From Chloroflexota bacterium (GTDB lineage: Bacteria; Chloroflexota; UBA11872; VXOZ01): a DNA stretch of 64,000 bases. The notes beneath the pieces are model-generated. The model had not been told where the DNA came from and made no database searches. It saw nothing but the letters and a program-made list of their open reading frames with translations. Below, piece after piece: positions 1 to 8,425 of this stretch. Location of the stretch: assembly GCA_963662335.2 (NCBI GenBank), contig CAXXVD010000003.1, forward strand, positions 32,001 to 96,000. Direction: 5' to 3'. The position numbers and the translations under genes are program-made. The first letter of the stretch is position 1. Every line of letters begins with the position of its first letter.

Positions 1-517
1 CGGCCTCTTCTCGCGCATGGTCACGCCGCTGCCCGACGGCACGGTGCGCCACGATCCCACCATAGACAGCGCTACCTACGCCCTCTGGTACTTCGGCATG
101 TTAGCCCCCGACGACCCGCTGGTGGTCAGGATGATGGAAACCGTGCGCGAACGCCTGTGGGTGAAAACCGACGTGGGCGGCCTGGCGCGCTACGAGAACG
201 ACTACTACCACCAGATAAGCAAGAACATCGCCGTGGTGCCCGGCAACCCCTGGTTCATCTGCACGCTCTGGCTGGCGGAGTGGTATGTCGCCAAGGCGAC
301 CACGCTCGACGACCTACAGCCGGCCAAGGAAATCCTGCATTGGGTCGAGCAGCGCCGCCTGGAGAGCGGCTGCCTCGCCGAGCAGGTGCACCCCTTCACC
401 AACGCGCCGCTCAGCGTCTCGCCGCTCACCTGGAGCCACGCGACCGTGGTGATGACGGTGAACGCCTACGTCGAGAAGTACAGTCTGCTCAAGCAAGGCG
501 AGAACGGCCAACCATAG
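1..517 (+). CDS. glycoside hydrolase family 15 (glucoamylase-like), C-terminal part; 5' end outside the window
   Basis: GGLARYENDYY, GNPWFICTLWLA and LAEQV...SPLTWSHA motifs. Confidence 0.85.
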   Translation, partial: GLFSRMVTPLPDGTVRHDPTIDSATYALWYFGMLAPDDPLVVRMMETVRERLWVKTDVGGLARYENDYYHQISKNIAVVPGNPWFICTLWLAEWYVAKATTLDDLQPAKEILHWVEQRRLESGCLAEQVHPFTNAPLSVSPLTWSHATVVMTVNAYVEKYSLLKQGENGQP

Positions 518-900
518 CTCTGTGGATAATTCTTCGGCATCCTGTGGATAAGCTAGCGGAATTGGGGAAAGCTACCATACCGTCAGTGGTTGAATACCTG
601 GAATGTCTGAGGATTCGCTGCGCAAAACTCGGGAGAACTCTCTGCCGCTCACTGGATAACTCCCCTCTATCGGTGGATACTCCCAGGGACAAAGCGTCGT
701 ATCTTCCCCACTTCCCACCATTCGTCGCGGTCATTACACTCATTCTCCACTCTTTCCTAACACAAACGCTTGCCTTTTCCCAAGAGATGCCCTAAGCGCG
801 ATTCCCCGCCACGACCAACTTCTACGTCGCTTTCCACACAATCCACAACGCCGACTAAGGCTGTGGCTGCATTCTTGTTTGATCTCTCTTCTTCCACTCA
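518..900. promoter_or_regulatory. DnaA-box cluster, candidate oriC
   Basis: Perfect TGTGGATAA at 521-529 and 543-551; degenerate boxes at 651 and 672; tandem reverse boxes CTTTCCACA-CAATCCACA at 830-847; lower GC; no credible ORF. Confidence 0.65.
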
Positions 901-1040
901 GTCCCAGGATGCGCCCTGCCCCTACTCACGCAAGCGCACAGCGGCTACAATGGGTACCGTGCAGCGCGGGTCTGCTGCGGGAACCATCGAACTATGAGAG
1001 GCAGCGGGCCGCCGCGGCAGCGAACACACGGAGCGTGTTC

Positions 1041-2165
1041 ATGGACGAATCAATCCGCTATACCAAGCAGAAATACGGCTGCCGGGTCGAGGCGCTGGCA
1101 GACGGCAAGCCCGTCTCAAGGCTGCGCATCGAGGATTATCAGATGCGGCTGGGAGACGCGTGGGTGCGGATGGCCGGCATAGCGGCCGTGGAGACGAACC
1201 CGGCGGAGCGCGGCAAAGGCTACGGCCGGCGGCTGTTGGAAGGGGTCGTGGCGTACATGCGGCGCGAGGGCTATCCGGTCTCGGTCCTGTTCGGCGTTCC
1301 CAATTTCTACCACCGCTTTGGCTACGCGACGGTCCTGGTGAGCAAGGGCGTGGTGCGGGTGAGGACGGAGGCGGCGGAATCGCTCCCTGGGCCTGAGGTG
1401 GCGGTGCGTGAGGCTGGGCCGGGGGACGCTGACGCGCTGCTGGCGATCTACCATGCCGAGCATGCGGCACGGAACGGGAAGATCCGCCGTAAGAAGTCGT
1501 CGTTCTTCCCGCATCTCGCGACTGATGCCGAGTGGTTTTTGGAAGCGCACCGCATTCTGCTGGCTGAAGAGAACGGGCAGCCGGTGGCATACGCGCTGGC
1601 GAACACGGAATGGCGGGAGGAGAACTCGGAGTGGCGGGTGTTCCTCCATGAGCTTGAAGCGCCGGCGGCGGTTGCGCATACCGCAGGCGTAAGCCTGATT
1701 CGCGCCCTGGGCGCGCACGCGGCGGCGCAACGCCAGGAATGGGTGTGCTTGGAGATGCTGCCGGACGCGCCGGTGCTGGACACGCTGCGTTCGGTCGGCT
1801 ATCGGCAGGAAGTCACGTACCGGCGCAATCAGGGAGGCATGGGGCGTATCATCGACCTCGCTGCCCTGGCGGATGCGCTGACAGAGACGCTGGCGAAGCG
1901 CAGCCAGGCGCTGGCCGGCGAAACACGGGTCGGCAGGATCGTGTTCAGGTGCGGCGACGAGGAGGCGGAGGTTGCGCTCGGCAGTGGACAGGCGCTCGAA
2001 ATCGCCCTGCCGCAGCACGCCCTGCTGCAACTGCTGCTGGGCTACCGCGGCATTGGGGAATTGCGTCTGGAGTACCCGGCGTGCATTGCGGAGCGGGACG
2101 CCGCTGCGGTGAACGCGCTCTTTCCCAGAGGCTATCCGTATACCTGGCTGATTGACCACTTCTAG
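1041..2165 (+). CDS. Eis-like GNAT acetyltransferase
   Basis: GIAAVETNPAERGKGYGRRLL and FYHRFGY motifs; GGAG before ATG 1041. Confidence 0.8.
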   Translation: MDESIRYTKQKYGCRVEALADGKPVSRLRIEDYQMRLGDAWVRMAGIAAVETNPAERGKGYGRRLLEGVVAYMRREGYPVSVLFGVPNFYHRFGYATVLVSKGVVRVRTEAAESLPGPEVAVREAGPGDADALLAIYHAEHAARNGKIRRKKSSFFPHLATDAEWFLEAHRILLAEENGQPVAYALANTEWREENSEWRVFLHELEAPAAVAHTAGVSLIRALGAHAAAQRQEWVCLEMLPDAPVLDTLRSVGYRQEVTYRRNQGGMGRIIDLAALADALTETLAKRSQALAGETRVGRIVFRCGDEEAEVALGSGQALEIALPQHALLQLLLGYRGIGELRLEYPACIAERDAAAVNALFPRGYPYTWLIDHF

Positions 2166-2204
2166 CTGTGGGCACATGCGCTGGCCCGTGTCCCTCCGCC
2201 GCCG

Positions 2205-2313
2205 GCAGGGGCACGATTTATCGTGCCCCTACCGGGAAACTGGGCGCCGCCGACGCGGGGCCCTGCCTCTAGTGGCATAGGCGCGCCTCGTAGCGCGGGG
2301 GCTTGTCCCCCGC
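2205..2313. repeat. two GTAG-type REP-like palindromes
   Basis: GGGGCACGATTTATCGTGCCCCTAC and GTAGCGCGGGGGCTTGTCCCCCGC (2290-2313); the latter recurs about 20 times in the window. Confidence 0.85.
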
Positions 2314-2365
2314 ATCTTGGCCCGTTTCCCGCAGGACACCTCTCGCATTGGCACATAGGACGCCG

Positions 2366-3109
2366 ATGGGCATCGCCGCCGTCATCTTCGACGTGGACGG
2401 CCTCATGGCCGATAGCGAGCCGCTGCACCGCGCCGCGTGGCGCGAACTCGGCCGCCGCCGCGGCTTTCCCACCTACGCCCGCGACGACGAGGAGAGCCTG
2501 GGCAAACGCGTGAGCGACAATTTCCGCCGCCATCACGCCCAGGGCCGGTTCCAAGAAGCGCCGGAAGTCCTGGTCGAGGAGTATCACGGTATTCTGATCG
2601 ACATGATGAAAGAGCGGCTGCGGCCAAAGCCCGGGCTGCGGGAGGCGCTGGAATTCGTGCACGCGCAGAACTGGCGCTGCGGCACGGCCTCTTCCGGCGA
2701 CCGGGTGTACATCGACGTGGCCCTCGACGTGCTGGGCATACGCGGCTATTTCCAGGCGGTGGCGACCGGCGATGAGGTCGCCGAAGGCAAACCCGATCCG
2801 GCGCTCTACCTGCTGGCGGCGGCGCGGCTGGGCATACCGCCCGCGGACTGTGTGGCCCTGGAAGACAGCCCGCGCGGCGTGCGGGCCGCGAAAGCGGCGG
2901 GCATGCGCTGTATCGCGGTGCCGGAGGGCGCGAAGCCGGTAGCCGAGGCCGACGCGGTCTGCGAATCGCTCGTGACGGCCATTGAAGTCATGCGGCGCTG
3001 GAGCGCCGGTTGCGTGTACAATTGCGGCAAGACAACGCGAAGCCGGCGCGGGCGCAAAGACCCGGCAGAGGACGAACAATCTCCCGCACAGCGCCCATGC
3101 GCTCATTAG
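2366..3109 (+). CDS. HAD-family phosphatase (CbbY/beta-PGM-like)
   Basis: FDVDGL, GKPDP and EDSPRG motifs. Confidence 0.9.
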   Translation: MGIAAVIFDVDGLMADSEPLHRAAWRELGRRRGFPTYARDDEESLGKRVSDNFRRHHAQGRFQEAPEVLVEEYHGILIDMMKERLRPKPGLREALEFVHAQNWRCGTASSGDRVYIDVALDVLGIRGYFQAVATGDEVAEGKPDPALYLLAAARLGIPPADCVALEDSPRGVRAAKAAGMRCIAVPEGAKPVAEADAVCESLVTAIEVMRRWSAGCVYNCGKTTRSRRGRKDPAEDEQSPAQRPCAH

Positions 3110-3123
3110 GTAAGGAAAAGAAA

Positions 3124-3918
3124 ATGGATAGAGCGGCAATGCCGGCGCAGCCCCGCGCCTTGCGGGAGTTGATACGCGCCGGCGAGTGGGACACGACGAC
3201 CGAGGGGCTGGCGCCGGGGTTCGTGCAGGCGAACCTGGCGATTGTGCCCAAAGACCTGGCGTTCGACTTCCTGCTCTTCTGCCAGCGCAATCCCCAGCCG
3301 TGCCCGGTGCTGGAGGTGCTGGAAGCAGGGTCGCACGAGCCGGCCGCAACGGCCCCCGGCGCGGACATTCGCACAGACGTGCCGCGCTACCGCATCTACG
3401 AGCACGGCGCGCTGGCCGACGAGGTGACCGACATCAGCGACCGCTGGCAGGACGACTTCGTCTCGTTTCTACTGGGGTGCAGTTTCAGCTTCGAATCCGC
3501 CATGCTTGCCGCCGGCATCCCCTTGAGGCACCTGCAGGAGGGCAACGACGTGCCGGTCTACGTCACGAGCCGGGATACCACGCCTGCGGGGGCCTTTGCA
3601 GGCCCGCTGGTGGTCAGCATGCGCCCGATACACCACACCCAGGTCGTGCGCGCGGTGCAGACCACCTCGCGCTTTCCGGGCGTGCACGGCGCGCCGGTGC
3701 ACGTCGGCGATCCGGCGGAAATCGGCATCACCGACCTGGATGAGCCCCAGTGGGGCGCGCGCACCGACGTGCGGAAAGGCGAGGTGCCGGTCTTCTGGGC
3801 GTGCGGCGTCACGCCCCAGGCGGTGGCGCTGGCCAGCAAACCGCCGCTCATGATCACCCACGCGGCGGGGCACATGTTCCTCACCGACCTGCAGGACGCG
3901 CATCTGGCGGTGCTCTAG
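3124..3918 (+). CDS. putative hydro-lyase / D-glutamate cyclase family (DUF1445)
   Basis: QANL, FCQRNPQPCP, LGCSFSFE, FWACGVTPQ and ITHAAGHM motifs. Confidence 0.9.
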   Translation: MDRAAMPAQPRALRELIRAGEWDTTTEGLAPGFVQANLAIVPKDLAFDFLLFCQRNPQPCPVLEVLEAGSHEPAATAPGADIRTDVPRYRIYEHGALADEVTDISDRWQDDFVSFLLGCSFSFESAMLAAGIPLRHLQEGNDVPVYVTSRDTTPAGAFAGPLVVSMRPIHHTQVVRAVQTTSRFPGVHGAPVHVGDPAEIGITDLDEPQWGARTDVRKGEVPVFWACGVTPQAVALASKPPLMITHAAGHMFLTDLQDAHLAVL

Positions 3919-3965
3919 GCAAGTGTAAACGAGGGAGTCAGTCAACTTGGGAAAGCGAGGCAGCG

Positions 3966-4901
3966 ATGGCGCGGCGCGTTAGAATTTCCACGATTTCCTT
4001 TCTCCTCGGCAGCGAAGCGGCAACCCAGGCCGCCCGCTACGACCAGGCGTTTCGCTATCTCGAGGCGGCGCTGGAGGATGGGCCCGACCTGATCCTCCTG
4101 CCGGAGATGTTCGAGACCATGGGGTGCCTCGAGTGGCGGCGCGTCCAGCAGGAGGACGACCCGGAGGCGCGCTTTGCCGCGGCGCTTGAACTCGCCATGA
4201 CGCAAGACGGCCCGGTTGCGGAGCGCTTCCTGGCGTTTGCCGCGCGTCATGGTGTCACCATCGTCTCCAACAACCTCACCAGAGACGGCGCCGCCCTCTA
4301 CAACCAGGCGACCTTCTATGGGCGTCAGGGCAACATTCTGGGACGCTACCGGAAGGTGCAACCCACGGAGAACGAATACGAAATCAATGGCGCCACGCCG
4401 GGGGACGACATCGCGCCCATCGAGGTGGACGGTGTGCGCTACGGCGTCTTCATCTGCAACGACCAGGCGTTTCCCGAGATTTGCCAGATCTACGGTCTGC
4501 GGGGCACGGACGTGCTGCTCCATCCCACGCAGGCCGCCGGCCCCACCGAAACCATTCGCGCCGAGATGCTGCGCACCCGCGCCCACGACGCTTCCTGCTA
4601 CCTGGTCTCGTCAACGTTTCTGCAGGATAAGCCGCTGGGATGGCAGTACCGCCAGAGCCACGCGACGATCTATGACTTCAACGGCTTTACGCTGGCCGAG
4701 ACCGGCCACCGCGCGGGCCATGCGACCGCGACGCTCGACCTGGACGAGGAACGCTGGACGAGTTGGTGTGGGAAGTACGACCACCGCCGCTCCATCCTGC
4801 GCCAGCATCGCGCCGATCTGTACGCGCGCGCTTACGAGGAGATCGCGCTGCGGAAGGAGAACATGATTCCCGTGAGGGAACCGAGCGCGATAGGATCGTG
4901 A
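3966..4901 (+). CDS. carbon-nitrogen hydrolase (nitrilase superfamily)
   Basis: Catalytic triad motifs LPE, YRK and ICND. Confidence 0.85.
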   Translation: MARRVRISTISFLLGSEAATQAARYDQAFRYLEAALEDGPDLILLPEMFETMGCLEWRRVQQEDDPEARFAAALELAMTQDGPVAERFLAFAARHGVTIVSNNLTRDGAALYNQATFYGRQGNILGRYRKVQPTENEYEINGATPGDDIAPIEVDGVRYGVFICNDQAFPEICQIYGLRGTDVLLHPTQAAGPTETIRAEMLRTRAHDASCYLVSSTFLQDKPLGWQYRQSHATIYDFNGFTLAETGHRAGHATATLDLDEERWTSWCGKYDHRRSILRQHRADLYARAYEEIALRKENMIPVREPSAIGS

Positions 4902-4988
4902 CGGGCGCATGGCGAGGAGCGTAGGCAGGCGCGCCACGCCGCCGCCGGTCTCGCGCCGCGGCGCGGTTGCAAGATGGCTCGTATACGG

Positions 4989-5498
4989 TTAGCGCGCGTT
5001 GCCGCTTGCGCCGCCGGCACCGGGCGAGACGCCTTCCACCCACACCTCGCCGTCGGCGTAGGCCTCTTTCTTCCAGATGGGTACCGTCTCTTTCAGGCGG
5101 TTGATGGCGAATTCGCAGGCCTGGAAGGACTCTTTACGGTGGGGCGTGGCCACCGCGATCGCCACCGAAACCTCGCCAATTTGCAGCTTGCCGATGCGGT
5201 GCAGCATGGCTACGCGGCACTCCGGCCACTGGGCATAGACCTCGTGGGCGATCTTGCGCATCTCGGCTTCGGCCATCTCCGGGTAGGCCTCGTAGGTGAG
5301 GCCGGTGACGCGCTTGCCGCGGGCGTGGTTGCGCACGGTACCGGAAAACGTGGCCACCGCGCCGTAGGCGTCCGTCAGCACGTGGGGGATCAGTTCGTCC
5401 GCCGTAATTGGGCGCTCCAGGATGCGGAAATGGCCGGTTTCGACCTTCTCCGCCGCAGTCTGTGCCGAAGTGTTTGTGGCAGTCTTAGCGATAGCCAT
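4989..5498 (-). CDS. moaE: molybdopterin synthase catalytic subunit
   Basis: FSGTVRN, LTYEAYPEMA, HRIG and VPIWKKE motifs. Confidence 0.92.
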   Translation of the reverse strand: MAIAKTATNTSAQTAAEKVETGHFRILERPITADELIPHVLTDAYGAVATFSGTVRNHARGKRVTGLTYEAYPEMAEAEMRKIAHEVYAQWPECRVAMLHRIGKLQIGEVSVAIAVATPHRKESFQACEFAINRLKETVPIWKKEAYADGEVWVEGVSPGAGGASGNAR

Positions 5499-5562
5499 CG
5501 GTTAGTTGCTCCCAAGCTACGCGGTTCTAACGTTACTCAAACGAGCGCCCCCTCTCCCTCAG

Positions 5563-5861
5563 GAGATCTTTGCATAATTCCGTCATTCCGGCGAAAGCCG
5601 GAATCCAGAGTCGTATTCACAGCCAAGAATAGCGGTTTTCAAGCGGTTTCACCCCCATCCCAACCTTCCCCCGTCGAGGGCTGACAGGGGTATGTAAATG
5701 TCATTTCGAGCGCAGCGAGGAATCTAGAGTTGCCGATTTTGCAGGGCCGCACCCTAGATTCCTCACTCCGCTGCGCTCCGTTCGGAATGACACGTGAAGC
5801 CAGTTATAGTGTACATACCCCTGTCAGCCCGTCGAGGGGGAAGGGGTAATGCAAAGGTCTC
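5563..5861. mobile_element. MITE A with IS5-like ends and a 5-bp target duplication
   Basis: TIRs GAGATCTTTGCATAA / TAATGCAAAGGTCTC; CTCAG duplicated at 5558-5562 and 5862-5866. Confidence 0.75.
5678..5830. mobile_element. MITE B nested inside MITE A
   Basis: Perfect 19-bp TIR GGGCTGACAGGGGTATGTA; GTCGA duplicated at 5673-5677 and 5831-5835; carries a CGTC-type REP doublet. Confidence 0.8.
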
Positions 5862-6143
5862 CTCAGGGAGGGGGATATTTCCACCGCCGCTGACCGGCGG
5901 AATGAAGGCGAGTTCGTCGCCGGCGTGGAGCACGGTGTCCGCCGAAGCGTAGGCGCGGTTGACGGAAAAAGAGACGGACGCTTCCGCCCCGGCCAGCGCC
6001 GGATAGTCGCCGATAAGCTGGGCCAGCGCCTGGCCCGCCGTTGTGCCGGCGGGGACTTCGAGCGTACGCGTGCTAACGCCCAGGGTTTCGCGAAAGACCG
6101 CGAAGAGGCGCAGGTTGATCGTAATCGATGCGGTCTCTGCCAT
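5763..6143 (-). CDS. moaD: molybdopterin synthase sulfur carrier with a repeat-derived C-terminal extension
   Basis: LFAVFRE...FSVNRAY...DELAFIPPVSGG, then 40 extra residues. Confidence 0.85.
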   Translation of the reverse strand: MAETASITINLRLFAVFRETLGVSTRTLEVPAGTTAGQALAQLIGDYPALAGAEASVSFSVNRAYASADTVLHAGDELAFIPPVSGGGNIPLPEETFALPLPPRRADRGMYTITGFTCHSERSAAE

Positions 6144-6224
6144 GGTCGCTCCCGCATTCTCTGCCGCGTCGCGCCCTCAGTATACCAAAGGCCATGCAGG
6201 ACGATGCGGCGGCGGTTCGCGAAC

Positions 6225-6522
6225 AAAAAGTTGTCGCATTGAAGTAGCGCGGGGGCTTGTCCCCCGCCGGCGCCATTGAAACCGGCACGCAAAGGGTTGG
6301 CCTAACAGCCTCGCAGGTTGCAAACCTGCGCTACCGGAGATTCTGGATGCGAGTTTTGCTGCCTCTCTGTCTAATGCGACAGCATTAGGGCTTGACCCCC
6401 GCCGGCGCCATTGAAACCGGCACGCAAAGGGTTGGCCTAACAGCCTCGCAGGTTGCAAACCTGCGCTACCGGAGATTCTGGATGCGAGTTTTGCTGTCGT
6501 TCAGTCCAATTCGGCGCCATTA
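6225..6522. mobile_element. MITE C copy with a 135-bp tandem duplication
   Basis: Left end TTGTCGCATT, GTAG REPs, right end TAATGCGACAGCATTAG; about 100 bp identical at 6261 and 6396. Confidence 0.7.
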
Positions 6523-6603
6523 GGTCGCGAACCGCCCCAACCCGGCTCAGGCTTGACAGATGCGGTTGCCCCAGTAGTATTACACGAAAAGGAGTAAGGC
6601 GCT

Positions 6604-7425
6604 ATGTCCGACCCACCGGCGGCAGCCGAACCTATCCTGAGCGACGCGCAGGTAGCGTCCTACCACGAAAACGGTTACTTGGTGCTCCCCAACGTGCTCT
6701 CGGCTGGGGAACTGGCCTCTCTGCGGGCCGCCGCCGGCGCGCTGGACGAGGAGCGTCTGCGCCGCGGCGGCGCGGAGCGCACCGTAGCCATTCACGACGT
6801 GATCTTCCTGCAGGAAGCGTTCATGGAGGCGGCGCATCATCCGGCGCTCATCGGCGCGTCCGTGCAGCTTATCGGCGAGAACCTGCACCTGATCCAGGCG
6901 CGGGTACATTGGAAGCCGATTGCCAAAGGCGAAGGCGCGGTGGACTGGCATCAGGACTATCCCTTTCACCCATTGACCAACTACGACGTGCTGGCGGTGA
7001 CGTTCCTGCTGGACGACACCACGGCGCAAAACGGCGCGTTGCAGGCCATTCCCGGCAGCCACGCCCGCGGCCCGCTGAACCACCATGACGCGGACGGCGC
7101 GTTCGTGGGCCGCTGCACCAACGCCGATGACTACGCGCACGACGTGGCCGCCGGCAACCTCTACGACCTGGAAGGCCCCGCCGGCAGCATGACCATCCAC
7201 CACGCCAATCTGCTGCACTACACGCATCCCAACAACAGCGACACCCCGCGCCGGGCGTTGGTCTACCAGATCGCGGCCGGCGACGCCGCGCTGCTGGGCG
7301 GCAACTTCTTCAAGGTCTGGCCGGTCTACCTGCACGGCAGCGACCCGCTGGTGGCCCGCTTCCTGGATGGCTCGACGCAGCGCCTGCCCCAGCCGTTCCG
7401 CAACCAGGGCGGGCTGGACGGGTAA
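6604..7425 (+). CDS. phytanoyl-CoA dioxygenase (PhyH) family Fe/2OG oxygenase
   Basis: ENGYLVL, WHQD, NGALQAIPGSH, LLH and RRAL motifs. Confidence 0.92.
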   Translation: MSDPPAAAEPILSDAQVASYHENGYLVLPNVLSAGELASLRAAAGALDEERLRRGGAERTVAIHDVIFLQEAFMEAAHHPALIGASVQLIGENLHLIQARVHWKPIAKGEGAVDWHQDYPFHPLTNYDVLAVTFLLDDTTAQNGALQAIPGSHARGPLNHHDADGAFVGRCTNADDYAHDVAAGNLYDLEGPAGSMTIHHANLLHYTHPNNSDTPRRALVYQIAAGDAALLGGNFFKVWPVYLHGSDPLVARFLDGSTQRLPQPFRNQGGLDG

Positions 7426-7429
7426 ATCG

Positions 7430-7459
7430 TTGACTTTAACGGAAACCGCACCCTATGAT
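7430..7459 (+). promoter_or_regulatory. putative sigma70 promoter of the MerR gene
   Basis: TTGACT-N18-TATGAT; long spacer is typical of MerR-regulated promoters. Confidence 0.4.
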
Positions 7460-7524
7460 TAGGGATATCTAGGTGCGAACAGATTCGGAGCGCTGGTTCT
7501 TGGGGGAACCGCTAGGGAAGAATC

Positions 7525-7992
7525 ATGTCTGGCGAACGCTATCTGCAAATAGGCGAGGTAGCGGAGCAACTGGCGCTCACGCCGCGCACGCTCCGCTATT
7601 ACGAAGAGATCGGCTTGCTCGAGCCGCCCTCCCGCATGGAAGGGGGCTTCCGCCTCTATTCGGCGGCGGACATCAGCCGGCTGGAGAACATCGTGCAACT
7701 CAAGCGCCTCTTGGGCTTCTCCCTGCGCGACATCAAGCAGGTGGTGGAGGCGATGGAGTCGCTCAAGCTCCTGCGCCAGGAGAGCCGGCAGGCCGGCGAC
7801 CTGGAAACCAAACGAGAGTCGCTGCAGAAGGCCCTGGAAATCCTGGAGACGCAGCTTGAGGTGCTGGACGGGCGCATGGGCCAGATTGCCGAACTCCGCG
7901 GCCGCTTCAACGAACGCTCGCTGCGCCTGCGCGAACGCTTGCAACAGATCGAAGCGGAACTGCAAGCGGACGCGGTAAACACGGCGCCATAG
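7525..7992 (+). CDS. MerR-family transcriptional regulator
   Basis: IGEVA...RTLRYYEEIGLL...GFRLY plus coiled coil. Confidence 0.92.
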   Translation: MSGERYLQIGEVAEQLALTPRTLRYYEEIGLLEPPSRMEGGFRLYSAADISRLENIVQLKRLLGFSLRDIKQVVEAMESLKLLRQESRQAGDLETKRESLQKALEILETQLEVLDGRMGQIAELRGRFNERSLRLRERLQQIEAELQADAVNTAP

Positions 7993-8110
7993 CCGGACGC
8001 GCCTTCAGGCCTTGGTCGCGTTTCCGTCATCGCCTATGGAGACGGACTGCCCATGCCTGGCATACCCGCGACCGCCATTGCTACGAGATCGCACCTCCCT
8101 CGCCGTCGTT

Positions 8111-8354
8111 TCTGTGGATGTCGGCTAATTCGTTGACAGATTCGGTAGAAGAAACGGCGGATTCTGCGTCGTACATCCCTTTGCAGATGTCATTCCGAAC
8201 GGAGCGCAGCGCAGTGAGGAATCTAGGATTGATGCTGCACGCAGGCTAGTGGCCTCGGCACACTAGATTCCTCGCTGCGCTCGGAATGACATACGCTAGC
8301 AACGCTGCCGGGTGGACAGGAGATTCTGTCAGCGAATTAGGCAACATCCGCAGA
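8111..8354. mobile_element. MITE-like element D carrying a CGTC REP doublet
   Basis: About 30-bp imperfect IR (TCTGTGGATGTCGGCTAATTCGTTGACAGA) around GTCATTCCG...GGAATCT / AGATTCC...GGAATGAC. Confidence 0.6.
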
Positions 8355-8425
8355 TTAGTCAACAACTACAGCAGTGCCGCACAGACAGCCCGTCGCGCCA
8401 TGCAGGACAGCCGGAGGACGTTATT

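Noticed and set aside
4989-6143. intact MoaD-MoaE fusion
   Set aside because: Stop codons intervene even after removing the MITEs
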